A program made the position numbers and the translations under genes. From Octopus vulgaris (lineage: Eukaryota), in NCBI GenBank assembly GCA_951406725.2, contig OX597815.1, positions 1,612,001 through 1,676,000 on the forward strand: a DNA stretch of 64,000 nucleotides, given 5' to 3'. Shown here piece after piece: positions 51,461-64,000 of the stretch. Below the pieces are notes generated by a model. The model made no database searches. It saw only the letters and a program-made list of their open reading frames with translations, and was not told the origin of the DNA. How positions within the stretch are numbered: the stretch's first letter is position 1; every line of letters begins with the position of its first letter.

Positions 51461-51804
51461 AATAATAGCACATGAACCCCAGTGTTTCACTGGTACTTAC
51501 TTTATTGATCTTGAAAGGACAAAAGGCAAAGTGAACCTTGACAGAATTTGAACTCAGAATATTGAGTTGGAAGAATTAGTTTCTAAGTATTTCGTCCAAT
51601 ATTCTAACAGTTCTGCCAATTCCTCATTGACATTTCTTTGATTTGTTTAAAACTGAATTAATTTCGTCTTTTGACAGATAATGTCATGTTTACTTCTGGA
51701 TGAGAAAAGTCTATCTCGGCATACAAGATGTCCATCAGGGAAAACAAAAGCTATTCAGCAAAATGTCTGCATTTGAAACTCATGTCCATTATCCTCATCC
51801 AGCA

Positions 51805-52340
51805 CCATCTGAATGTGGCCAATGCCAGTGCCTCCTGGCTGGCCCCACCCCCTGTGCTGGTGGCACATAAAAAGCACAAACTGAATGTGGCCGATGCCAG
51901 CGCCCCCTGACTGGTTCCTTTGCCAGTTGCATGTAAAAAGCACAAACTGAATGTGGCCGATGTCAGTGCCCCTCGACAGGCTCAATCCCCCCATGCTGGT
52001 GGCATGTAAAAAGCACTATCCGAATGTGACCGATGCCAGTACCCCTTGACTGGTTCCTCTGCCAGTGGCACATAAAAAGCACTAACTGAATGTGGCCGAT
52101 GCCAGTGTCCCCTGACTGGCTCCTGTACTGGTGGTACATGAAAAGCACTATCCAAACGTGATCAATGCCAAGCCCACTTGACTGGCTCCTGTGCCACTAC
52201 ACACTCGGAGTGGTTGGCGTTAGGAAGGGCATCCAGCTGCAAAAACACTGCCAGATCAGACTGGAGCCTGGTGCAGCCTCATGGCTCTCCAGACCTCAGT
52301 TGAACCGTTCAACCCATGCCAGCATGGAAAATGATGAGTC
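51805..52340 (+). mobile_element. RTE-tailed SINE family C with ~60-65-bp internal tandem units
   Basis: Repeated GAATGTGGCCGATGCCAG..CTGACTGG..GGCACATAAAAAGCAC units, then tail AACCCATGCCAGCATGGAAAA..(ATG)n. Related copies at 155-345, 4310-4755, 20215-20770, 26490-26775 and 36147-36840. Confidence 0.8.
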
Positions 52341-53563
52341 ATCTTGAGAGAAAATAGATTTTACCAAAGCAATCCTCTTCACAACTTGAGGAAATGTCTT
52401 CATCATGATGATCATCTTTGTTCTGATGACTGCTTTGCCTCACTTGCAGAGGAGAGACAGCAGGAGTCCTTTAAAGGAATGTTCTTTGAAGGCTGGATGC
52501 ATTTCTTGCCAGCAACCTCTACTTGTTTCCAAATGAGGTAATACTGTTTTAGTCTAGCAAACAGCTAACAGCCCTGACATGTACTATGCAGGGAACTGGG
52601 GAAAAAAGAAACCCTTATGAACGAAATGTCAAGACATGTCAAGAAGTCTGCATATCTTTTTGTGCTGTCCTGCTTTCTTGTGGCACCAGCAGGAAGTAAT
52701 GGCTTATATAGCAGGAAACATGAGGGAATCACATGATCTTTCAAACATGTACATATTTATATCTTGTTTCAGTCATTAGACTGCAGCCATGATGGACACC
52801 ACCTTAAAGAAATTTAATCAGAGGATTTTCATGCAGTGCCTATTTTGTCGTTCTCTTTTAATGAACTGCTAAGTTATGGGGTTCTAAACACACCAACATC
52901 AGTTGCCAAGCGGTGGAGGACACACATGCACACACACACACATATGATGGGCTTCTTCCAGTTTCCATCTACTGCATCCACTCGCATATATGTAAACACA
53001 CACACACACACACACACACACACTATGGATTTTAGTTTCTACTTACCAAGTTCACCGACATTTTCTAGGAGTTTCCTGGCAACATCAGATACGGTTTTAT
53101 CCAATTTACAGTTACCGTTCCTCAGCTGCTTTTTCTTGTAACAGACCCACATGACAGCTGATGAACGGCGAGTGTAAATGCAATAAAATCGCATCCAATG
53201 CTATCGGGAAACTCAGAGTACAGGATATGACTACTCCATGCTTGTATTCTATTTATATATAAACAGATTGATTAGTTTTAGTAAAGTAGCTATGCTTTCA
53301 CCCCATTGTTTGGATCATCAGAAACTATTCATATTAGAGTTGTGAGCAGAACATGTATTGAATCTTGTCTGGATTTTGGTCTCCTTGAACACTGGATCAG
53401 TTGTATGGATGTCCTCCTCCTCCTCCCCCTCATCATCATCATCATTATCTGTCCATTTTCTATGCTGGCATAGGTTAGATAGTTTAAAAGGACCTGTTGA
53501 GCTGCATCAAGTTCCATTGTTAGCTTTGGCATGGTTTCTATGGCTGGATGCTCTTCTTAATGC

Positions 53564-53599
<36 letters not shown>

Positions 53600-54493
53600 C
53601 ATAGACTGATGTTGCTAACGAGTTCATACTTCACTGAACAGCAACTGAGCCCCCAAATTGAACTAATATTACCCCTGACCCTGTGTGATACCCAATACAA
53701 GAAACTGATGCCACTGAAGACATTCCACCACAGCCTGCTGCCAAACAGGCGCCAGCATCATGTCCAAACACACGGACCCCATATAACCTGAGCTGACCAG
53801 TGGAGGTCTAAACACCTGGAAGCCATGTTGAACTCCTCCTCTGCTCTTCACACAGATGGGCAGCTGAGTGAAACTATTTATATAACTGTCTCTGTCTTCA
53901 TTCCTGATCTCTCTCTGGCCAGGTAATCTTGTACCTCCTCTACAGCCTCTCTGTCTCACTGTAACCTGTCATCATCTGACACAAGATCACCTCCTCCAAT
54001 GCCCCACCCCTCTCAAAGATTCTTTGTCTTGCAAGTTACTTGATGATCCTGCCCATGCAGGTGCCACTTAAAAGCACCCAGTCCACACTGTAAAGTGGTT
54101 GGCATTTGGAAGGGCATCCAGCTGTAAAAAAAATCCTTGCCAATACTGACCTCACCTGTGCTTGTGCCATGTAAAAAGCACTGTGGTTGGTGTTAGGAAG
54201 GGCATCCAGCTGTAAAACCCCTTCTAAAACATTCAGAAAAGTCTGGTGCAGGCTTCTACCTGGCCGGTTCCTGCCAAACCATTCCACCCATGCCAGCATG
54301 GAAGGCGGACATTAAACGATGATGCTGATGCTGAATGTGTGTGTAATGCAATATTTTGATTTTTGGAAACTGTTTTCTGCAGTTTTTTTCTGTCAGTTTC
54401 TATGACAGAAGCTGCAAACAGACACAAAACTATTGTCTTCCATAGTCACAGGAGAGAAAGACAAGCAGTGATACTAAAATAATAATAACAATA

Positions 54494-54887
54494 GGCGCAG
54501 GAGTGGCTGTGTGGTAAGTAGCTTGCTTACGAACCACACGGTTGCGGGTTCAGTCTACTGCGTGGCACCTTGGGTAAGTGTCTTCCACTATAGCCTCGGA
54601 CCGACCAAAGCCTTGTGAGTGGATTTGATAGACGGAAACTGAAAGAAGCCCGTCGTATATATGTATATGTCTATGTGTGTGTTTCTGTGTCTGTGTTTGT
54701 CCCCCCAACATCGCTTGACAACCGATGCTGGTGTGTTTATGTCCCCGTTACTTAGCGGTTCGGCAAAAAGAGACCGATAAAATAAGTACTAGGCTTACAA
54801 AGAATAAGTCCTGTGGGCGATTTGATCGACCAAAGGCGGTGCTCCAGCATGGCCACAGTCACATGACTGAAACAAGTAAAAGAGTAA
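54494..54887 (+). mobile_element. SINE family A, full length
   Basis: GGCGCAGGAGTGGCTGTGTGGTAAG head through GAAACAAGTAAAAGAGTA tail. Inverted copy at 58861-59303. Confidence 0.9.
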
Positions 54888-55328
54888 TCGTTTCTTCTAT
54901 GGGGCACAAGGCCTGAAATTTTGTTGGAGGGAACAAGTTGATTACACCAACTTCAGTACCCAACTGGTCCCTATTTTATCAACCCTGAAAGAATGAAAGG
55001 CAAAGCTGACCTTCGTAGAATTTGAACTCAGAATGTAAAGAATTTTGCCTGGCATGCTAACGATTCTGCCAGCTTGTCGCCTTAATTATAATCCTTTCTG
55101 CTATAGGCACAAGGCCTGAAATTTGGGGGCAGGGAGTAGGTTGATTAGATTGACTCCAGTATGCAACTGGTACTTATTTTACCAACTCCGAAAGGATGAA
55201 AATCAAAGATGACCCTGGTAGCATTTGAACTCACAACATAATGACAGGCAAAGTACCGCTAAGCATTTTGTCCAGCATGCTAACAATTCTACCAGCTCAC
55301 TGCCTTAATAATAATAATAATAATAATA

Positions 55329-55887
55329 AATGTCCTGATGCAGTACCAGGCAGTGGCTCTCGTGGCTTCTGATCTTAACTGACTGGAAGTGTTATCATGT
55401 ACATTGATTTGTCTTGGTATAAAAGATGGGCTACAGCAAATATTCTGCTCAATACCACAGATTTGCTTTGTCAGTTGTTTGACCTTAACCAGTTGAGCAT
55501 GTCCCTTAGTGGCTGACGATATGTGCATCTCTGATCACGAGCAGAAGTAGTGGGGGAGCATCATAGCCATGTGTTGAGAGGGATTCTTTGGGGTTTGAAT
55601 AATTCACCTCTGGAAACATGGGTGTTTCTTTCAACATCCTTAAACAACCTTTATTCAGGGACCTTCTGAGCGGGATGGGTTACTCGACCAGAAGAAAATT
55701 CTAACTGGGCCCCACCTGCAAGGTCATGTGCTGTTTATCTTGATATGAGATCACCATGTTGCGCACATATGGTTGTGATGCATGTGCCTAGTGTACCCTT
55801 ATCAGACGGGTAGTCCTGATGGGTATACTGGGCTTCGTATATTTTACCCCAGTGTCACTTTGATGGCATGCACTGCTCTCTCACTCA
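55329..55887 (+). mobile_element. Full-length family D non-coding retroposon flanked by (TAA)n
   Basis: (TAA)n on both sides, no long ORF, three copies in the window. Confidence 0.75.
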
Positions 55888-58029
55888 ATAATAATAATAA
55901 TAATAATTCTTTCTACTGGAAGTACAAGGCCTCAAATTGGGGGGAAGGGATTAAGTAGATTCCATTGACCCCAGTCTGTAACTGGTACTTAATTTATCAA
56001 CCCTGAAAGGATGAAAGGCAAAGAAGACCCCGGCAGCATTTGAACTCAGAACATGAAGGCAGATGAAATACCGCTAAGCCATGCTAATGATTCTACCAAT
56101 TTGCTTCCTTTGTCATCTTAATTATGATAATAATAATTACTATGATTAACAAGTGTGCTGTGCCTCTTGCATGGAGCTTAAGAGCTGAGTACCAAGTCTT
56201 ATGATTTGTAGAAAAAGGTGGTGTGAGATCTTTGACCACAGGATGCTGTCCGTTCTCACAGAAGTAACCAGAACAAGTGAGATTGAGGGCTCTGAGAAGT
56301 AAAATATTAGAATAATGATAATAATAAATCAATAAAAAGCAAAAAGAAAAAAACAGGAATTTTGCAAAGAGGAGGAGATCAAAAAATAAACAACAACAAG
56401 AAAGCAGCATTCTCACCATTTCGTAAATTTTGATAAAATGCAAGGTTTTATTGACTGGACTACAACTGGATAATCTTACAACTGGATAATCTGTCATTTA
56501 ATCTCACTGGTTCATTGACTTTTGAATGAATGATTCCACGGTTCAAATATCAACAAATCCAACAAGAGCTATTTTATAATAGCTCCTTTTTAGGTATTTT
56601 TTTCTTTTAGTTTATTTCTTTCTTGTTATTGAACATCTGAAAAAAATGTTTGCCGTCCCTTAATAATAAGGTCTAGCAGTTTTATATGTCTGGTGTCAGG
56701 TTGACAAATAGCCAGTGGTAACAATGATGATGATGATGGTGATGATGGTGATGACTGTGATGTGGACATTACCACATAATAAATTATTTTTTGTGTTTTA
56801 TATTTATATATATATATATGTTTTTTATATTTATTTATATGCTTTTTATATTTATATATATATGTTTTATATATATATATATATATGTTTCTTTTATATA
56901 TATATATATAAATATATTTTTATAGCGGTGGTGCCCCAGCATGGCCGTGGCCTTCGGGCTAAAACATTTTTAAGGATTTAAAACATTATATATAAAAACA
57001 TTATATATATATAATGTTTTTATATTTATATATTATATATGCATATATAACATATATTTATATATTATATATAATAATAATCATAATATATATACATATC
57101 TAAAATATATAATAATGTATTTGCTTGTTTTGGTTTTGGTTTTGTTTATGTTCTTTAGTCCTTTTACTTGAACTCTATCTTGAAGAATTGACCCTGGGTC
57201 TTATTTTTTTTTTTTTGAAGTCTGGTATTTACTGTAGTGGTCATTTTTTTTTTTTTTACCAAACTGCTAAGTTACAGGGATGTAAATGTACCAACACTGG
57301 TTGTCAAGCTGTGGTGAGGGACAAACACACACAACCATATCATGGGCTTCTTTCAGTTTCCATCTACCAATTCCCCTCACAAGGCTGGAGCTATACTAGA
57401 AGACACTTGTCCAAAGTGCTGCTAAGTGGGACTGAACCCTGAACCCTGTGGTTGGGAAGCCAGCTTCTTACCACACAATGATGCCTGCCCCTAATTAGGG
57501 AAGATGAATGGATTCCTACAGAATGGTGAGATTCATCAAACACTTGAAGAATTCCTATTTCACTGTCAAAACTAGCACTAATAGTCCTAATATTAGTGTT
57601 GCATTGATCAAACGGACTAAGAGGTCTTCCAGCCATGACTCTCCAGTCTTTATTGTAGACTTTGCACTCAGGAACACATTAGCAAATATGTCATTCTTTT
57701 CTAAGACAGTAAAAGTGTAACTAGAGGGTGATTTGGCTGCTGTTTCTAGCACACTGAACAGCTGTTGCATTACAGCCTCCCTTACTGGTTTGTTTGAGCA
57801 GTAAATTAAGCAACTCGTTAAGATTAACCATTTAAAAGTTGGGATTATTTTGTCTTTAAAGAGAGAAAAATATTGAGCTGCCAGGAACAGCTGATATATT
57901 CCTGCACACACATGTGTATACATACACACATGCATATATATATATACACATACATGTATACACATGCATGCATACACACGTGCATATACACATGCATACA
58001 TACACATGCATATATATACACATGCATAC

Positions 58030-58095
<66 letters not shown>

Positions 58096-58317
58096 AATAT
58101 TAGGGAATAAATCCAAATTTACAGGGAAAATCAGATTTAGGATTGAATCCAATTTTATAGTAAAATATTATATAATATTAATTAGAGACAAAACCACTAT
58201 TTTGCAACATAAACACATGAAATGACTTAATCCAATACATAAAAAACATTTAATATAAATTAAATAAAATTAAATAATTTTAAATTGATTTGCAAAATAG
58301 TGGTTTTATCTCACATG

Positions 58318-58372
<55 letters not shown>

Positions 58373-59066
58373 TGCATATATATATATATACACACATATG
58401 TATATCTACACACATGCAGTTGGGTTTTTGCCAACTTTCTCTTGATGAAGGGCACCAGACTACCTGGTATATTTCTGGGTCAATGTTCACTGGTTGAATA
58501 TCCAAGACTCTTTTGCATATTCCATCTGCAAATTCTTTTATTTGTTTCAGTCATTTGACTCTGGCCATGCTGCAGCACTGCCACGAAGGGTTTTTTTTTA
58601 GTTGAACAAATTGACCCCTGGACTTATTTTTTTAAAGCTTATTACTTATTCTATGGGTTTCTTTTGCTGAACTGCTAAGTTATGGAGATATAAGCACATC
58701 GATACTGGTTGTCAAGTAGTGGTGGCAGGACAAACACACAATTCGTAAAGAAGAGTAGAGATTTATTCACCTCCAAAACTTTTATTATTAAAGTTTTCTA
58801 CAGCAGATAGAATACTGACCTACACATGTTTCTATTGCAGCGACTGCACGTTGCTCTGATTACTCTTTTACTTGTTTCAGTCATTTGACTGCGGCCATGC
58901 TGGAGCACCACCTTTAGTCGAGCAAATCAACCCCAGGACTGATTCTTTGTAAGCCTAGTACTTATTCTATCGGTCTCTTTTGCCGAACTGCTAAGTTATG
59001 GGGATGTAAACATACCAGCATCAGTTGTCAAGCGATGTTAGGGCGGACAAAAACACACACACACAT

Positions 59067-59133
<67 letters not shown>

Positions 59134-59739
59134 TATATACGACTGGCTTCTTTCAGTTTCCGTCTACCAAATCCACTCACAAGGCTTTGGTTGGCCCAAG
59201 GCTATAGTAGAAGACACTTGCCCAAGTTGCCATGCAGTGGGACTGAACCCGGAACCATGTGGTTGGGAAGCAAGCTACTTACCACACAGCCACTCCTGCG
59301 CCTATGTGCAATTATGCATTCTACTCTCTGCAATTTCATGAAGGGTCCAAAGTGAATTCATTCAAACAAGCTTCCTGCTTTGATATTCCGTTGAAGGTGA
59401 TAGTATTACTTTTTAAATCCAATGAAATTCCGGTCTTATAATCACCTCTACTACTATTACAGTTGAAGAATGGTTTTAAAATGTTTTATTCCAATTTCAA
59501 GTAATTGTAGCAGTTTATTTACATTTTGCTGTGTGGAGTATATTATTTATTCAGAGGTACTTTGCTTATTTTGGGTTTATATCCTCAATATTATTGTTAT
59601 TATCATTATTGTTATTATTATTGTTATTATTATTATAATTATTATTAATATTAGTAGTAGTATTTGTATAAATATCATTATTATAATCATTATTGTAACT
59701 AGCATAATTAATGTAGATGGTGAGTTGTGTTTATTGAAA

Positions 59740-60145
59740 TTGTTTTAACATGTTTTCTCGAGTGTGGACATCTCAGAGTCTGTTCTTGTCTTGTGTTAAT
59801 AAGTATAAATTTAGAAGTGAGATTTTGGTACATTTCTTCCACACAATGATCACATCTATTTTTGGCTTTTTTCTATAATTCCTTACTAATTATTTCCCAA
59901 GCAACCGAATATATTTTGTTTCTATCTTTTAGTGCCCAGATTAGTTTACTAAGGCTTAGTAGTATTCATTTTGTTCCTATAGCTAAATGAATTTAAGTGA
60001 CTTAATATAATGAGCTAGCTCCTATATAGAAGTACTCCCTATTCTCTGAGGTAACCTTACATCTGTATACAATATTTTATACCTACAAATAGAGTTCAGC
60101 AGACAGACACTGTTCCTTGCGCAATCACATTTGATAGTTCTACTA
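59740..60145 (-). pseudogene. Penelope-like (Neptune-type) GIY-YIG endonuclease remnant
   Basis: Frameshifted minus-strand translation: KCDCARNSVCLLNSIC / IVYRCKV / YFYIGAS / SHLNSFSYRNKMNT / LSKLIWALKDRNKIYSVAWEII / CDHCVEE..LINTRQE..RCPH. Confidence 0.8.
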
Positions 60146-60295
60146 CTTCCGTTATTATTATTTATCTTTTAAGCTATTACTCCTTCCCCCATTGATAACA
60201 TTCTGTAATTGGACCATTGTGGATAGTCAGCACCTATACCGTTTTGTGAGATAATACGGTATCCAGCAGGATAATTTATTCTTTTTATACTCTCT

Positions 60296-60334
<39 letters not shown>

Positions 60335-60685
60335 CTATTTTTTATTTTTTGTTTCTTGTATTTATATTCGTGTGGCATCCTGTCCTTGTTTCGTATACAT
60401 TCGATCCTCTTTCCAAGAAATCTAATGCCCATAGCTTAGTTTTTCTTTGGGGCTGGCCGTATCGGAGCGATATCTGGATTAATCAGCCGAAATTGCTAAG
60501 ATGATCCGGTTCCCGACTGAAGATTAGAGGCTTCGAATGATCCGTCTGTTTTTTTGTGTTGTCTCTTTGTGTGTTTTTGCGTTCTTGTCCCATTTTGTAA
60601 TTTATATTTAATTTCTATACATATATATATATACATATATATATATACATATATACATGATGATGATGATATATATATATATCTA

Positions 60686-61286
60686 CTAGCTTAAGGTGAC
60701 CCGCTCTACGCGCGGGTGAGGGTGTGGTTGTTACTTTCTGTTGATTCCTTTCTGTTCGCCACATTCTCCCTCTTTGTTTCTCTATCCTTTCTCATTTTCC
60801 CACTCTCTTACTCTTCCTTTCTCTTGGACTTTCCCTAGCTTTCTCTTACTCGCAATCTTTCTCTATCTATCTCTCTGCCATTTATAAAAAAATTAGATTT
60901 CCGCATTTAAATTACAAATCCGCTTCCACTTTACCATGTTGAAAATTTGATTGAAATCGGGCAAAAGGTAAATTTGAATTCCCTTCTAGCCCCATTTAGA
61001 CCCCTTTTTGCATAAAAATCCAATTTGGTCTACGTTCACCTTCTTCATTTTATAGATAGGATTAGATGCCAATTGCGCCAATCTGGAGGGGCTTAGAGCC
61101 CCCTTGAATCTTCTCACCATAGCAACTGCATCTTTCCAGATGGTGAGTTTTAACCTACTCAACTCATCGCACCTTCTATGCCTGTGTCAATTTTCAGCTC
61201 TATCTGACCACTGCTGTGGCCGCCAACATCTGACGTAGCAAAACATGCACACAATTTTGACCCAAAGTCTCTTTTATATATATAGA
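60686..61286 (-). mobile_element. Non-autonomous Helitron
   Basis: Minus strand A|TCTATATATATAAAA ... ACCCGCGCGTAGAGCGGGT hairpin ... CTAG|T. Confidence 0.75.
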
Positions 61287-61827
61287 TAGCAGAGAAACCC
61301 GGTCTTGCTCGGGATTAAAATAGTTTATCATTGTTTTATTTGTTTCGGTATTATAACTCGATTTCATTCGGGTCTACGTGGGTCACACTTTAAAGATGAG
61401 GAATTTTGCCCTAGAGGCCACACCTTTCAATTGAGCAAGCTCAAAGTTGCCATGCAAACTCACCAGGACTTTTAACATAGGTGTGCAAATTTTCAACTGA
61501 ATCCTACCATATTTACTAACACTTTTGCCTGTATAACTTGTGAGTGAAACAACGTCTGCCCTTTTCACAAATATGTAGTAAGACCTACAGAGATACCCAA
61601 CCTTACTTGGGATTAAAATGGCATAGTTTTTCATTGTTTTACTTGTTTGGTTAATATAAGCTGATTTCATCCGGGTATAATCGGGCCACAATTTAAAAGA
61701 TGAGGAATTTTGTCCTAGAGGTCACACCTTTCATTTGAGGAAAAAAATAGTTGCCATGCAAACTTACCAGCACTTTTAACATAGGTGTACATATTTTCAG
61801 CTCAACCGACCACATAATGCATACATA

Positions 61828-61867
<40 letters not shown>

Positions 61868-61901
61868 ACGCATTATATATATACAAATGTATATAAATTA
61901 G

Positions 61902-61933
<32 letters not shown>

Positions 61934-61964
61934 ACGCATTATATATATACAAATGTATATAAAT

Positions 61965-62017
<53 letters not shown>

Positions 62018-62594
62018 ACGCATTATATATATACAAATGTATATAAATTAAATATATATATATATAAATACAGATATATACACTTTGTATATATACATAT
62101 TTATATATAGATACAGACACACACACACTCACATATATAAATTAACCCAATAAATATCTGATTCATAATATTTGTTCTCATGATTGTGTGGTGGTGGTGG
62201 CGATAATAAAACTCTATGAATGCAGACAGACATACAGAGAGAGAGAGAGAGAGAGAAGGAGGCGGTGAGGGAAAGAGTGATAACGCTGGCGAAGGCGGCG
62301 GGGAAAGATAGTCGTATCTGTCAAACGTCGTTATAGAGAGAAAGTGATGGGAAGGGAGGAAAGAGAGAGAGAGAGAGACGGAGGAAGACAAACAGATAAG
62401 AGAAGACTTGTCAAAGTGTGCGTTTTTTGCCCTAGTAACCACACCTCTTAAGATAGGGATTTTTAACCTAGCCCACTCATTTTACATGTCCCTGTAAATT
62501 TTGGAGTCAATCCAATGGGATCTAGTGGCCTTTAACCCGTTCCAATGTCAAAACGAGACAAACAAACAAACTTTTCGCATTTCAGATTTATAGA
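61287..62594 (-). mobile_element. Abutting Helitron-like element with ~220-bp internal duplication
   Basis: Hairpin CCCGAGCAAGACCGGG near 61298-61313. Segment 61290-61505 is repeated at 61585-61805. TC-type 5' end at 62594. Confidence 0.55.
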
Positions 62595-64000
62595 TATTGA
62601 TATATATATATATATTTTATATGTATGTGTGTGAAGCCTAATTGTTTATCTGCATCACTACTGCTCTCTCTCTCTCTCTCTCTATCTATCTATATATATA
62701 TCTTCATGTATATGTATACCCATATAAACATAGATACGTGTATGTATGAATACACACACACACACACACACGTATAGAATGAAGAAAGTCACCAAACTGT
62801 AGCAGTGCCATGAATTCCTGGTCTTCAATGTTTATGGTGCCAAATGATGGCTTATCTTGGAGGAAATGGCCAAGCAATCATCAACTGCCAATTAAAACCA
62901 TTTGTTAAGTGCTCTGACTTCCATTAGTTCTTAAGTGAGATTTGGCTGCAGTTTCTAGCTGGTGCAACAATCGTTGAAGTGATTTGGTGATTGTGGTTGA
63001 GGGGAGATGCTGTAGATTTAGAAGCTGATGTGTGAGCGAAAATGTTAGGGGGTCAAATGAAACATGAGTGAGTGATGCAGAGTACTAATGAGTGATGCAG
63101 AGTACTAATGAGTGATGTAAGAATAGAAAACTGTCCTAGTTCCGACTCTCAATCTCAGATTTCTTCCAAAAATGAGTTTCTAAACTCTTTGTGTTTGTTA
63201 TTGACATTACATCAAATGGGAAATCGTCTCTGTGCAGTGATACAGATTTTATTTAGCAAAATAGAATGTGTTAAAGATGCCATGTTTAAAGGAAATGGGA
63301 TGTAATGAGAGTTATCTCTCTCTATATGCACAAGTGTATGCGTGTGTCTGTGTGACCATCCTTTTAATGACCACTTCTCTATGCTTGCATGGGTCAGGCG
63401 GAGTCTTTTGAGGCAGATTTTCTATGTCCTGCTCTACCTGTTTCCAACTAAGGTGACATTTCTCCAAGGTCAGGCATGGTTTTGAATATTAGAAATGAAT
63501 GACACCGACACCGCTTGATTGACAGTGACACTCATTTACAGCTGTCACATGATGTCAGAACAAGACAACACAAACATGCACGCACTCACACCACACAATA
63601 ATACATATATACAAATACACCCCCCACACACACACACATATACGATGGGCTTCTTTGTTTCCATCTCCCAAATCCACCCACAAGTCTTTGGTCAGCCCGG
63701 GGCTATATTAGAAGACACTTGCCCAAGGTGCCACACAGTGGCACTGAACTTGGAGCCATGTGGTTGGGAAGCAAACTTCTTAGGAGGCAACAACATCCAT
63801 GTCTGCACACACACACACATAAAATAGTGTAAGTGTTGTATATATATGTGTGTGTGTGTGTTGTGTTGTTTTCCTTCTTGTTTGTGCGTTAACAACATGT
63901 TGATGTATTTCATTATTTTTCTCAACAACCAGATACAATAACAACAACCATCATCATCATCATAACAATATTTTTTCTAAAACAATGATAGAAATCTCTC

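Overview
This is AT-rich, repeat-dense eukaryotic DNA, not prokaryotic. It is very likely an octopod cephalopod genome, inferred from the abundant tRNA-derived SINE families and (TA)n/(CA)n/(ATC)n microsatellites. One well-supported protein-coding gene lies on the + strand. Four phase-compatible GT-AG exons (16660-17053, 20982-21083, 23838-23997, 27314-30959) give a 4302-nt CDS and a 1433-aa, largely low-complexity, probably nuclear protein. Its last ~35 residues closely resemble the SMCHD1-binding C-terminal coiled coil of vertebrate LRIF1/HBiX1 (compared from memory), and it also carries SUMO-site, SIM-like and PxVxL-like motifs. The rest is a nested mosaic of transposons: a near full-length Tc1 copy, a mariner remnant, Merlin-type and piggyBac-type MITEs, Helitrons, RTE, CR1/L2-type and R4/Dong LINE fragments, Penelope-like remnants with minimal hammerhead-ribozyme motifs, several SINE families, fold-back palindromes, two 39-bp minisatellites and a rearranged tRNA-Gly(TCC) pseudogene. 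Most short ORFs in the supplied track are repeat-derived noise. No database searches were run.
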